A stretch of DNA of 64,000 bases from Trichodelitschia bisporula (Eukaryota): contig ML996700.1 in assembly GCA_010356995.1 (NCBI GenBank), positions 186,001 through 250,000 of the forward strand. The letters run 5' to 3'. Below are positions 39,851-53,800 of this stretch, in pieces. Position 1 is the stretch's first letter, and the number at the start of each line of letters is the position of its first letter. The position numbers and the translations under genes are program-made. Under the pieces are notes generated by a model. It saw nothing but the letters and a program-made list of their open reading frames with translations, did not search any database and was not told the DNA's origin.

Positions 39851-42332
39851 GGTGCCGGATATGGGCCTCGTCGGCCAGCGCGCACACGGAGCGTTCGCAA
39901 TGCAGCCGTGAAGTCGCTCGACGGGCGAGGCAGAATTGCGCTATGCGAGCTTCCGTCCGTTGGTTTGTGTTTCTCAGGGTTCGTGTGCGCACCAGACGGG
40001 ATTGGATGGTGTCAGGAGGCTAAGGGGACGCGGTGGGCCAAGACAAAGACCGAACGGTACGCGGAGGCAAGACTAGAAGGTTGAAGCTTTCCAACAGCTA
40101 TGCAGAGAGAGATAGGGAAAGAGTAGTCGGAATAAAGGAATGATCAAGTAACCATTTAGCAGTTACATGCGTGTTCAAGGAGTGGAAGTGGTTAGTTTTG
40201 GGGGGATGGGAGGGGGGTGGGAGGGGGTTGTGCAGGTGTGGAACTTGAATGCGGGCGGGTATGGCTTGCGTAGGTCGCGCGGGAGATAGGGATGGGAGGG
40301 GATAAGGATAGGACCGAAAGGCAGAGCAGCGGAGTGAATAGCACACACCAACTTTCTCCCCCTCCCCCCCAGTATCCCCCTCCCCGGCAGCAAAAACATC
40401 ACAATGGCCGTTTCACATATATCCCTGCCCATACCTAACTCTCGTCTCAATATACTTTTCAACCTCTTCCTCCCCACCTAGTCGTAGGATAGGCCACGGC
40501 TCCCCCGTTCCATGGAAACGACCGCTAATAAGGGCTGCTCCTCTTCTACAGTACTTCCCGCGCTTCCCCCCCTACTGGCCTGCAGCCATCACCAAATAAG
40601 AGAACGACCATCAGCAATCTACACCGCCAGGGCTACCGACATTCGAGTCTAGCCACCGACAGCCAGCATTCCATGTGGTGTGCTAACATGCCTTTGCGCC
40701 CAACCCCACACTTGATCTTCTCAAATCTTTGACGGGAAGCGAGGCGGAGAGGCACGAACCGTCACTCTTGCTGAAACCTCCGGTTCATGTCCCAAAAGGT
40801 ACGCTGTAGTGACATGCTACCTTACTGCTTGTCTTCTACATTTCAGAGTCACTGGATTCCCGTACCCGTCCCCTCTCCTTCAACACACAATGCGGTGCCT
40901 CTCGGTCGATTACTGCTCTAGCGGCTTCATTCAGACGTCAGACATGGCCCCCCCTACTCTCTTCCCCGCCACATCCCCCACTCCAGGGACACCATCCTGA
41001 TCAACGATCTTCGCCATGAACAGCACGCGCCAGAATCTCGCCGCAATCCAGGTGTGCCCGATTGGGTGTGTCGAGTGATTTCTTCTCCGAAGCCTGGCGA
41101 ACGACCGTCGACCCTTCGTCTACCGCACAGCCGGATGGTCGGGATGCTGGCCTCAGAATGCGACACCTAGAAATGGTATCGCGCCCTATGTCCCGGGCGT
41201 CTCTGCCTATCACCGACAACAGGGCTTGTACAGCGCAATATATATGCATCATATCTAACGAAGACGAAGACGAAGACTGATAACTAGGGATGGCAATCTA
41301 GCAACCCTGCCAGCCCCACGGCTGCGGATTTCCCGCCAGAGCCGAGGGTTTGATGATGGCCTTGCCCTCTGCGTGGCAAAGACCACGCGGGGGCGAATTT
41401 GGAGGTCCCCCTCTTTCACTCCCACGAGCGATGACGGTGTTTGCACTGCTACGTCGGCGGGATTCCCGGAGCGCAGGGTAAAGTACCTTGCAGCAACCGA
41501 AAGTAGCTATCACACTTGCTGCCATGTCACAATGAGCAGGTTAAGTAGGCAGCTTTGCCCGTGAGAAAGCTGGCGTTTGTCCTGAGGATGGCTTGGAGAG
41601 CATTTCCAACTGGAGCATCGGCTCTCTCCCAAAGAGCACGTGCCAGTTTCTCCCTCGACCAGAGAAGCTGCCGGATGGAGATGGTTGTACGAGACGGCAT
41701 CAACAGACGACGGTTAATCTGCAGAACCGGGCCAACGGCTTGGAAGAGACAGTGATTCGACGAACATGACGCCGACGGCCAGAATATGGCGCAGCAGATC
41801 GAAAGTCGAATGCACCTTGGCAGCTGGTATAATTAGCAATGGCCATGTTCCAGACGGAGACACTGAGATAGCACAGGGCTGAACGTCCTCGTCGCCGCCT
41901 CGGTACTGGCAGCTGGTGCAAGCTGCGGTTAAAGAGTGCATTTTGAGATAACGAGAGACTGAACGACGTTGTCGTCGCCGCTTCGGTACCGGATGCTGTT
42001 TCAAGCCATGACTACGTCGTAGAGACTGTACTACTCGGAGTACGTATTCACCGTCTTCTGTGGTGCAGCTATTGCGGCTCACCCATACTTCTGAGGCCTC
42101 CAAGGGTTAGAAGTAAAAGAGTTCGGGGCTCTACGAAAGGTTGAGCTGGACAGTGAAGTGATTAAGACCTTGGGTGAGAGTGGTCTTATCCAAGCTACTC
42201 TTACCGTACCACTCCCTCGAATACAGAGTATATCTACCTTGTTCGGGGCATCTGGCACGTGACAGTTGACATTTAATCCCCACGAGGCTTAATAGTGACG
42301 GTCGCGATGGTCTCCGGTGGGGTCTTCTAGGA

Positions 42333-42370
42333 TACGCGTACTACGGTACGTATTACCGTAGTACTGCGTA
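42333..42370. other. Inverted repeat/hairpin (16 bp stem with one bulge, 5-nt loop)
   Basis: TACGC-GTACTACGGTA-cgtat-TACCGTAGTAC-t-GCGTA. Confidence 0.8.
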
Positions 42371-42843
42371 CACATGGCGGGTCTGGGACTCGAGATGGCA
42401 ATTCGACATCGTCGTCGTTCACCTACGAACATCATCTACGGTACCACTGTATTGCTGCTTCCCCACCTCATCGTCTATCACTCTATCACTCTATCGCTAG
42501 TCGTCCCTTACACCCTCCCACAATGTTTGTTGGGCCCCAGGGATCAATACGCCCATTGGCTGGTGCCTGACACCGCTCTTGCATTGCGCCTGCCGCTGCG
42601 TTACGCGGCGAATAAGCGTCAAGGAATGGCAGTTGATCCTAGAAGTAGAGCAAAAGCGTGTATACCGTATGCGTATGCGTATGTAGGAATGGCGAAACTG
42701 GCTGTACGATAGGTTAGTACGGAGTAGTATGTAGACCACTTGCACCTTCTTGGAGTGAAGTTCCCTTTGGATATCCTCTCGCTTCGTCCACCGCCTTTCC
42801 CACACTCGTCTTCTTATCTAGACCTCGTCATCCCCTCTCTCTT

Positions 42844-42875
42844 CTTCACTTCTTCACTTCTTCACTTCTTCACTT
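42844..42875. repeat. (CTTCACTT)4 in the pyrimidine-rich region upstream of ERG13
   Basis: Seen directly. CT-rich tracts are typical of fungal core promoters and leaders. Confidence 0.85.
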
Positions 42876-43371
42876 CTGTTCTCACATTTCCCCTCTCCCC
42901 CTCTCCGACCTCTCCACTATTCGTAGTCTTGCCCCACAGAATAATACGGAGCTCCTCTTCCCCCGAATTCGAACATATCTCCCGTTGCCAAGTTCACCCA
43001 ACCCACTCTCAAACCTCACGCCCCACCCCACCCCTCTCCCCCCCAGTCGAACATCGAAAAAGCTCAAGCCACTCTGGACCCTCCCGCTTAGCCATTCCAG
43101 TAATTATCCTGGACACGCCACAAATCAACGCCACGCCCGTTGGCCTCCTCAACACTTGCCGAAGTCGCTGGGAACCCAACATTGTATTGTTTTCCTCCCC
43201 CCAAATCTTAAAAACGTAGCCTGCCTCCCCTACAGAGCCCATAACTACACTTCCCCTCCGCTTCCTTCTTTCCTCTCAGTGAGACTCTCTTCAGAACCCC
43301 ATCGCAAACCGCAAACCGCAAACTTCTTTCCCCTCCTAAAAGTTTCCTATCTCAATCCACCTCCTTTCAAG

Positions 43372-44918
43372 ATGGCCCCTTCAAATATCGGCATCAAAGC
43401 CATTGAGCTCTACTTTCCCGCTCAGGTACGTTCTGAAGTCCCTGCCGGTTCTCGTATACCCTTATGGTACAGCCTTCTCTAACACTTAGCAGTGTGTTGA
43501 GCAATCCGAGCTCGAGAAGTTCGATGGCGTCTCTACCGGGAAATACACTATTGGCCTGGGCCAGACTAAGATGAGCTTCTGCGACGACAGAGAGGGTGAG
43601 GCGCCAGCATTTACTTCCAAGTGTCACCACTGACTTCGGCCCAGATATCTACTCTCTTTCTCTCACCACCGTCTCGTCCCTCATGAAAAAGCACAACATC
43701 GATCCCACATCCATTGGTAGACTGGAAGTGGGCACGGAAACGCTTCTCGACAAGTCCAAGTCGGTCAAGTCTGTTTTGATGCAGCTCTTCGCCCCTTCGG
43801 GCAACACCAACATTGAGGGCATCGACACCGTGAATGCCTGCTATGGCGGCACCAATGCTCTGTTCAATGCCATCAACTGGATGGAGTCGTCTTCGTGGGA
43901 CGGTCGCAACGCCATCGTGGTGGCGGGTGATATCGCTCTGTACAAGAAGGGCAATGCTCGCCCTACCGGTGGCGCTGGCTGCGTTGCCATGCTGATCGGT
44001 CCTGACGCTCCCCTCGTTTTCGAGCCCGGTCTGCGTGGCAGCTACATGGCCCACGTGTATGATTTCTACAAGCCCGACCTTACAAGCGAGTACCCCTATG
44101 TCGACGGCGCCTTTTCCGTCAGGTGCTACACAGAGGCCATCGACCAGTGCTACAAGGCCTACCGGGAGCGCGTCGCGAAGCGTGCCGCTCAGTCAAACGG
44201 CGTTCCCAATGGCAATGGTGTACACGCCGAACCCCAGCTCGATCTCGATCGCTTCGACTACATGTGCTTCCATGCCCCAACCTGCAAGCTCGTTGCCAAG
44301 TCGTATGGCCGTCTCGCATACAACGACTACCTCGCCAACCCGTCCAACCCAGCGTTCGCCGACGTTCCAGCGGAGCTGCGGGATCTGGACTACACTGCGT
44401 CACTCTCCGACAGGACGCTGGAGAAGACCTTCATGGCGTTGACCAAGAAGCGGTTCGCACAGCGGGTGCAGCCGTCAATTGACGTTCCCACTAATTGTGG
44501 TAACATGTACTCTGCCAGTGTCTACTCCAGCTTGTGCAGCTTACTTGCAAATGTGGATAGCGAGGCTCTGCAGGGCAAGCGCATTGCCATCTTCAGTTAC
44601 GGCAGCGGCCTCGCCGCCTCGCTGTTCTCGCTCACGGTCAAGGGTAGTACGAAGGAGCTTGCTGCGAAACTCGACGTCCAAGCCAGGCTTGCCGCACGTA
44701 AGATTGTGGCACCTCAGGTGTATGACGATGTAGGTTGCTTTTCTTCCTAGACAGAGATCCACTCCGACTGACAATTTCAGATGTGCAACCTCCGTCAGAA
44801 GGCCCATCTCCAGAAGGCATACACCCCTCTGGGTGGAACTGACGACATTCTCCCCGGGACGTACTACCTCACCAAGGTCGATGAGCTCTTCCGGCGCGAG
44901 TATGCCATTAAGGAGTAA
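43372..44918 (+). CDS. ERG13: Hydroxymethylglutaryl-CoA synthase; introns 43426-43492, 43596-43644, 44730-44780
   Basis: [40 protein letters not shown], catalytic [35 protein letters not shown]. Confidence 0.97.
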
Positions 44919-46589
44919 GGGAGCGGTTCTTGTGGGTGGGTTCTAATGGATGCATTGCATTGGTGCGGTTGAAGCGATTGCTTGTGCACTAGATCTGCGT
45001 TTCGATTTACCAGTATCTTGGGTCGCTGTTTGGCAGTTCCTTGAATCCGGTGGATCTGTGGTTATCATATAGCCTGCCTGGGCTTTCCCAAGCACAGACG
45101 ACCGGTCAGGAGCAGATTTTGACACGAGCGATGTCGGTTGGGACTATTGATACCATGACGGGGCATGCTAGCGGCAAGAGTAGGAACCTTATGTGTTTAA
45201 TGATTTAATTGATAATGGTGTTTGACATCATCAGGAGTCAAGAGTGGACAATCCCAGTGAGGCCCAAATGCCATGGTGTTTTCGCGCGAGCCGGGGCAGC
45301 GAGGCCGTTCCGCCGTCCATTCTTCCCTGCAGAGCAAAATTTCCCCGTCGCGGTTCCGTCCCGCTTGCGCGTCTCAAGGTAGCTTGGACCGAATCTCGCG
45401 CAACAGCGCAAGGCTGATTCGAGCCGCTGCACGACATGGGCTGCGTGCCATGAGGGCACATGATCCTTGCACATACGCCATTGCCCACCTTTCGCCAAGC
45501 CCCGCCCTTCCTAATCAGATAAGATGGCGAGATCATCAGATCAGATAAAACTTTTCAGCAGAGGGCCCACTTGCACCCCATCGGTGAGCGCTCAAGGCTC
45601 CGTGGCCCAAGGGGCCCGCTTTACACCCGGAATCTAAGGGTGTTGTCAGAGTTAGGAGCAGGTGGTGTGTAGGAAGATATGGGGAACCTATTCACGTACT
45701 ACGTATGTGGTTCAGTGGGAACCAAATCAGTTCAACTAGGACACTCTATTCCCCTTTCCCACATTAAACTACCTATGTTACATAGGCCCCGATCCATCCA
45801 GCGATACCGTATATCCTGACGCGTTCTAATATAGACTGCAAGAAAGACTCTTGGCTGGCCGAGCTTTTTATGGAGGCCCGGGTTTGGAGAGTAGATTCCA
45901 GATACTGGGGTGGTGTTGGTGGATACCTAACTTCAGGGGATGGGACTATACCGGTACGTACTGGTACGTACAGTAGTAGGGCGATTACCTAGGAAGAGAC
46001 GCGTCCTAGTGGCGTATGGGCTGATGCGTGCGATGTCAAATGTGGCTGTGGCTGTGCTGCTGCGGATTTGTTGGGGAAAGTACGAAGGGCATGTGAGATG
46101 TCGGGGAAATTTTGAGGCGTTTGCGGCACACAGTGGTGTGGTGCGTACGTGGACTCTGTTCGAGAATCCGGATCGCCGAGGACACGGAGCCATGGTGCGA
46201 ATTGATTGAGGAATGGAGCTGGGACGGTCGTTCGGTGCTGAGAGCATCAACATCACATTAGTTCTAGTTCAAGGGATAAGTCGAGCGTCGGCTCCAGGCA
46301 TTTTGAATTGAATGCTCAATGGCTTGCTCATCGCCTTCCTATTTCCGTAGAATAATCCCTCCCCACCAGCTGCCTCCGTCGAAAGCTCGCAAACATCAGT
46401 TTACGATGTGCGCGACCAAGGCTCCCTGCCTCAGTCGAATGGACCATTTGATAAACCCAACATGGCGGAAGCCAGGATGACGTACCCGGCATGGCATCAT
46501 CATTACCGGAGGGCAGTGTTGTTGCCAATAGCATCAAGGGGACGAAGGCTCGTATTCCACCTCTCCCAACTGGGTTGGGTAGCTATCCC

Positions 46590-47608
46590 TTATCTGTCGA
46601 GTGTGTAGCCTCGGTTCATGAAATCGTTGTGCCTGGCCTTTGGCTTCTGGTCGCGAGACGAGAACAAGCTGGACAGGTTCTGGTTCCGTTCCGTCTTGCG
46701 TCGCTTGTTCTGTTCGGCCTGTTCCTCAAGGACCTTAGCCGCAACTGTCGCAGCTGACACATTCTTGATGTTAGCCGTTGCCTTGTCCGTTTGAACTTCC
46801 TTTGCAGGAGCGGGGACCAGACTGGGAGCCTCATCGTCCGCATTGGTCGCCTTCGGCTTATCTGCTGCAGCATCGCTGTTCTTCTTGCGCTTCTTCGAGC
46901 CCGCTGCCTTTTTCAGAGAATGCGTCAGCCCCTTCTCCTTCAGCGTCTTTATCCGTAGCATAAGCCGCGCGATATCAGTCTCGACTACCGGGACAATGGG
47001 GATGACGTCGTTGGGCGCATAGGGCTCGTTGCACTACATCCGTTAGCAAGGTCTGCATAAGATGAGATTTCACGAGCATACCTGCAAGCACTTCTCTCCA
47101 GCCACCTCCTTTATGGCCGCGCTGTCAAACGCATGTCCGCAAGGTACCAAGTACACCGCCTTGGAACCAGGTCCCAGCCTCTTCCCCGTCACAGGGCATA
47201 CCCAAACGGGCGCGCCATCGCGTTCCTTCTCCGCTTCACCATCAACCTCAAATAGAACCTCAACCACATCCTTTAGGCTTTTGACTGTTCCGCGAAGCAC
47301 CTTCTCTGCCTCCACTTTGCGTGCTTCGCCCTCGGCATCGTCGGACGGCAGCAGCGTTTCAATGATGCTGTCCTTGTTGAATAACCGTCCGGTGCAGTCG
47401 GACACGATGGGGGCGCGCAAGGGCGCGTTGTTCAGCGGGTCGGTAGTCCAGAAGTACTCCTGCTGCGTCTGTTGTGACTCTTTGAGCTCTGCTGTCGTTG
47501 GGTTGCGCGCGGCTTCCTTAACGAGTTCGCGCCGCTTGGGAATACTGAGCACGTTAATGACGTAGATGGAAGGTAATCATGAATATACCTGCCGCCATCA
47601 TTACCCAT
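46590..47608 (-). CDS. RTF2: Replication termination factor 2 (Rtf2, RING-like); introns 47545-47588, 47034-47081
   Basis: Spliced start MGNDGGSIPKRRELVK, GRLFNKDSIIE, CPVT...VPCGHAF...KCLQCNEPY, basic C-terminus with SSLF...DFMNRGY. Confidence 0.93.
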
Positions 47609-47867
47609 CTTGAAGCTGGTACTTGTCGTCTGATGCGTACGTGGTTAGGTCATGATGGTGGTCACATATCGAGCGACGCGGTTGCATCAGGACCCTTGGG
47701 AAGTGAAAGTCTTGGCATTATGCTAGGTCATCACGAGGCTCACGTCCCGAATAGGCAGGACAATTCAAGAGGACTGGCGGATATTGGGAACGACATGAAC
47801 TGTTAACCACGCGATCTAAGGGTATCCCTATCATTAAATGCCACAGTACTCCTTTCAGACACCAAGC

Positions 47868-50800
47868 TCAAAAGAATGCACACCATCCGAGATACATTGC
47901 CGACAACCTTACCGGATCAACCGCCATTTTGATCAGGGCATCCACATATCCATCGACACTCAAAGGCACCGTCTCGTCGGGTAGTATCCCCTTGATTTTT
48001 GCACGCACATTCTCCATAACTTCAGCCGGCGTCTCGGGTACTCCCTTGGTGTGCTTCTTAGGCTTGGCGATGAAATCCGTTGTGGGATCATGGACGAAGG
48101 TCTCGAGTATCGTCATCAGCGTGTCCTGATACTGGCGCACAATCGTGAGGGCCAACTCCGCCGCTGTACGGAATGGACCTTCGTAGCCATAGGCGCCAAA
48201 TGCGTCAACCATGTTGTGCGTCAACCGGAAAGGAACCATCTCCGGCTTATCAAACGTGAGGCCTTTTTCGAAGAGGCAGTTGAAGTCAACATGAAACACT
48301 CCCCCCGTTCCCTCCTCCAAGAGGATATTTTCACCGTGACGGTCTCCCAGCCCCAGTATATGGCCAACAATTGACATGACTGCGCACGTGCGCGTATACC
48401 GCAGCCGCGCGGCGAACCATCCTTCGGGCTCGGGAAAGGTGACGATGAACCATTCGTACAATACCGGCGGAAAATTCGATATGACGTCGTCGAGGAACAT
48501 GTCGCCACCTTTGACCGGATCGGCACAGCACTTGTCGAGCTGCTGCTTTATCTTACCATAGTCAGGCTTGACGTTTTTGTCTTTGTAGGATCCCATGATC
48601 AGGTCCCGCATCGGCTTCAAGCCGTCAACCCATTGGATGGCACCGCACTCTTCGTTTAACGGTGTCACAGCGTAAGTGCGTATGTAGAGACGTCGCTTGC
48701 TACACTCAACATCGCGCTTGAGAGCGCGGTCGATCATGGCGGTAAATTCCATGAGTCGCTGGTCCTTGCGCAAGTCGTCCTTCGGCTTGCAGAGCAGACC
48801 GTACACCTGGCCATCGGAACCACGGATAGTAAGCTTTTTGGGCCGCTGCAGAGAGCTCAGTATCAGCACGCTGTCATCAAATGATTGGATCGTGGTCAAT
48901 TGGCGGGGGAAGGGTCGATGACCTCTCACTCCTCCAATGCCAGTGGGAAGAGTTGCGGTCATCATTTTCTCGACGGGAACAACAAGATCGCAGGGAGCTA
49001 GCTTGTGGTCGAACCCAAGGTCCCTTCCGAGAAGAGCGTGACTAGATCGTCCTGGTATGTTGACCTCGCAGGCTTCCAGCAGACGTGCCGTCAGCCTCGC
49101 GCCGTGGCTAACCAAACGCCTGACGTCAACCCCTTCAACTGCACTGTGCAGCTTCTGTAGACAGTCAGCAATAGCCTTTAACGGTCGTGTTTCTCTTACC
49201 TTGACGTGCGCTAGGATGATGTTGGCCTTGGAATTCCTGTCTGCAGCCTTTGCTTTCGCAACAGCCAGTAAACTCCACAGCGCTTGTTGGCTGTGTGCAA
49301 GAACGATCTTCGTTATGATGGAAACCAACAACTCTGATACTGCGGCGCTCGGATGATTGATACGGCTCATAATCTGAGGCAGGGCAGTGTAGAACGTGTA
49401 CCCCGTGAGTCGGTCCGCGTACTTCTTGATCTGCTTGTGGATTGTGACGAGTCTCTTAATCTTTGCCCTGGTATAGTTGTCAGGGTTTCGCAAACGTTCA
49501 GCGAGGTGTACTTCCATCCCAAAATCCAGCCAGAGTGTCAGCATCTTTGGGACCGTCTGGTAGTAGTATTTCGCTCCAAATGTCATGGATCGAACGTAAT
49601 TTTCGATAACCAGCTTGGTGACATCTCCGGTGCGGTAGGAGTCGCTCTGTTTTTCAATGGGACGGGCTTTCTCGGCGTCAAGGATCTTGTTGTAGTATTT
49701 GCCCAGGTAGTAATGCCCGCGCTCCCATGTGCTGAACGATTTGACAGCCTGCGCATATGCGTCTCTGACCTCGCTGGACTTGATTTGGCCCGCCTTATCA
49801 AGCCATTTGGCAAGCAGGAGCTGAGTCTTAGCAACCAGCAAGTTCTGCTGAGAGGACCCGGCTGGGCGGCTTGAATCGTTGTATGAATGCAAAGCGTTGG
49901 ACTCGATTGCGCCCTCGAGGATCTGAATCGCCTTTCTATGATGGCCTTCTCTCCACAGAAGGTGGGCATGCTCAACCTTTGCTGCTTCATCGTTCAAACG
50001 GGTGGCTTGAAGCACTGCATCGTGGGCGATGTTGATCAGCCCGCCTTTGCGAGCCAGGCGCGCGGTAGTCAGCCACGTGGAAGCGATTTGTTTCTCTGAA
50101 AATTCAAGTCTAAGAGCCGTCAGCTACGTTAAGCTGAATAGTTGATGGACCAACTTTGATGCTCGCATGGCTGCCCGGCGAATACCAAGCAGGTATTGCT
50201 TTTGCTCTGTGCATGAGCCAAGGACACTTAGGCGCTTGTCAAGCCTCTCCATGATGCGGTCGGTTCCTGACATAGTGTATGGCAGCCCGCTGATCATCTC
50301 GATCTCATATATGGCATGAAGTTTGATGGCATATGAGTGCATACTCGCGAGTGACGCAGTTGCGGATGGGGAGAATCCTCGGGTCACACTTTCTCGTAGC
50401 TGTGAGATGGCTTTGCAGAATTTGGAGAGATCCGTATGTGCGTTCTCCATTTCAAGCAGCGTCTTTGCGATGCCGACGTTGAAATCCTGAGTTTCGTCCC
50501 AGTCCTGCGCTGACAGAAGCCTTTTCAAAACGCCCCATTTCCCGGTTACCCAGGACGCTTCTGCCACAAATGATTGAACCTGTGGTGGTGCGCCGGGCTT
50601 ATCAGCGTATAGACTCACAGCGGAATTCAGCAGAGAGTCTGCACATATTAGCCAATAGCTTTGCGAGTAAATAATGTGTCCTACCATAGCGCCCGGATGC
50701 CTTCAGACAGTTTAGAAGTTCAAACTGCAATGCCTGATCATCCGGCTTCTCTGCCAACGAGAGCTCGTACCAGCTCTGAGCCGCAGTCCACCTTCCGGCG

Positions 50801-53800
50801 CGCTTATGCTCGAGGACTTGCTGAGCCGGATCCAAGATGTGGAGATGGGCGGAGATGCCCTCAATTCCATCTGGCTCTTCAATCTGCTCGTAAATGTATT
50901 GTAGACGTTGAAGGTCATCGGTCGTATCCGCCTGTTGGCCTTGCAGAGCAGCTTTTTCCTTGAGCTCACGAAGATGCACTTCCCAATGGAAAAGAGCACG
51001 GGCGTACGATCGGCATTGAACGGCTCGGCGAGATAGGACGACAGGTGGGATTCCAGAGAGAACCATCTCAACTTTACTAATATGTGCCATCTCTTGAAGG
51101 GCATCGGTCTCGGCCGACGTACTTGCCATCCTGGAGTTAATAGACTCAGATTCAGTGATCCTGCGCTTCTCTTGAATCCATCTCGAGAGGTAATCAAGAA
51201 CTCGAAAGACATCCTAGGGGTTTGAGCAATGATCGAACGACAACACTCTGTCCTACATACCTCACTGCACTGCTTAACCTCCTCTGCGTCAATTGCCGAA
51301 ACAGAGTCGATATCAAACGACAAAACAGCGAGAAATTCGGCCCTTATATCCTTAATATCTCCATCTGCACCGCCCACCACGATATTTTGAATTACGTAGG
51401 GGAGCAAGAATGCGGGTATTGCGAGATCATGGCCCCAAATCACTCTTGAGAGGACAGGGAACACCATCCGAGCGTTGTCACCTTTGCCCCGATGCAAAAG
51501 ATTGAAAACGAGAGTCCGCAGCCAGACAGCATGGCTCATCTCGGCCTGAAAAATTGGATATTCGGTACCTTCGGGTGGCATGTTGGGATGAACAACGATG
51601 TACTTCGAGTTGAAATACGGCGTGAGCGTGCTCCTGACAGACTCTGGAATTTTGGCCCATCGACTGAAGGCTTCATCGTGCTGTGATCCTCTGTTGCGCT
51701 GCGCTGAGGTTTTGAAACCGCAAAACTTCAACAACTCCTGCATCACATATGCCAGATAGGTCTGTGCCTTCCCAGTAGTGGCTGCATAGAACGCCTCGAC
51801 CAAAACTGTCTCTAGCATGGCAGCAACGAAATCTATGACTTCGCCAGCCCGCTCAAAGTTCGATAACATGAGAATCTCTCTCTTCTCGCGGACATCGTCA
51901 ATCCAATGGGGGTCAATGCTCCCGATAATGCCGAGGCACTTCGCACAGAGGGCCAGAATCTGGGGGTGGCTCTCTTTGAACCGGATGCTGGCGTCTAAAA
52001 TGGATCTCAACAGCTGCGCGATGACAGGATTGGGCTGCTGGCTCGTCGCTGAATCGTGAATGACCTCTTGGTGGTCATGCAAGTATTCAACTAATTCTTC
52101 GACCGCGTCGCAGACGACGATTGCATTCTCATCTTTGCACCTCCGACTGAACGCCTCGTAGTGAGCGATGGGGTCCATCCTAGACTTGAGACGTTCAAAT
52201 TCCGAATGGACTTTCTTCAGCAAAGGTTTGTCCTCAAAAGATGGTACCATGGCGATCCGCTTGATAATGAGAGGTCGGTGATCCCTCATCATTCCTGTGA
52301 TGGTATCCTGGGCCAGTTGCTGCGACTCTGAGTTGAAGAAATCCCAATGCTGAACGATGACCGCAAAAGTGTGGTCAAACAAGGCCTCCATGCCCTCTTC
52401 GTCAAGGACAGACACTAGAGTCGACCATACAGAAAATGTGTCATCAATGAGGTCGAGGATTTTGAAAGCAGATTGAAGCGTTGCCCGGAGCTACAAATGT
52501 CAGCAGAGGAAGACTGGGTGAATAATCCACAAACCTGCGGAAGTGCTATGCTCGTGTTGGGCTTGGAGAGGATGATCATCTCTTTGATGGCAAAAAGACA
52601 GCGTTTCTTCTCTGTGAGGAATTGCTGTTCCTTGGAGTTGTCTATGATCTCTGTGAAGTGTGTCATGATCCCAAGAATGTGATTCTCAAAGAATGTCGAG
52701 ACGCATTTGGAAGATTTGCTGGTGCTTTTTGGTTGATTAGACTTGCGCTCAGCAAGAGCAGCAAGAAGCTTGAAAGCACGGTATGCTTGCGGCTTCCTCG
52801 ACTCCTCACACTCCCCCGTTGCCTTCAGCATTTGGCATGCGATCAGGATGGGGTCGATTTTTATCAATGCCGAAAGGTCGGTCTCAGAGAACCCGGGGGC
52901 AGCCTCATGAAGGAGTGCTATAGCTGCTTGCTCTGGATCAGGTGTCTGCTGAAGGAGTAGCTCTGACATGACCGCTGCAAGGTTTTTGGGAGGCTGTAGC
53001 CAGAGGTCCGGTACTGAGTTGGACCCACGGGCATGAGCGATCTTTTGAAGCACGTCACCCCGTTTGGTCAGGATGAGTGTCGGAACTGTTTCGGCCTGTG
53101 TGAGTACAAGCAGCTCACTTACACTCATTCCAAGGAGATCCGAAAGTTGCTGAGCCATCTGAGGTCGGGTGATGAGATCTTTCACGACGTAGATCGCCAC
53201 GGATTTCCAAAAAGGTTTGAATAGGTCTAGCGGTGTCCGGCCCAGATGTTCCGCAAGACGTAGCAGCTATAATCTCGTTAAATCAGAGAAAGTGGTCTAT
53301 GGGCTGGCAGACAAACCTCATGGTAGGCAGTTCCACAAATCATCATGTGAGTATGCCCAAGATAGCGTACGATCTGGATCAATGCAATGTTGAGCTCAGC
53401 CTCGCCACATGTCCTAAAGGCAGTTAATGCCGTGTTTTACGCTTCCTTTGAAAACTGGCTCACCGTGCGATAAGACCCCAAGCCATGACAAGAGTCTCTT
53501 GCTCGGCAAGATTCCCACGATCCGTCAAAGTGCGTAATACGTCCAGTATTGCAATTCGGTTTTTCTTCCGGATATCGCGAGGAAGATTTTCGCGAAGATA
53601 TGGCATCAATGCTTGCCTGCATACCGGTGAGTACACTCGCAGACATACGGAGCACAACTTACGCAGATGCAATTCGAAGCTCCCGTATTGAGCTCTGAAG
53701 AGATTTGACGCACCACGCACCCAAAGTACTGGAAGCTAAATCGAGGATCTCAGTCTTGTCGGTGTGACCAATCGCCCTACGTATGGCATGGGCACACAGA

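Noticed and set aside
30880..44918. Possible biosynthetic cluster (AKR, ferritin-like protein, HMG-CoA synthase)
   Set aside because: No PKS, NRPS, terpene cyclase, transporter or cluster regulator, and ERG13 looks like the primary-metabolism copy.
45596..45670. GGCTCCGTGGCCCAAGG resembling a tRNA 5' end/A-box
   Set aside because: No GTTCRA T-loop or complete cloverleaf.
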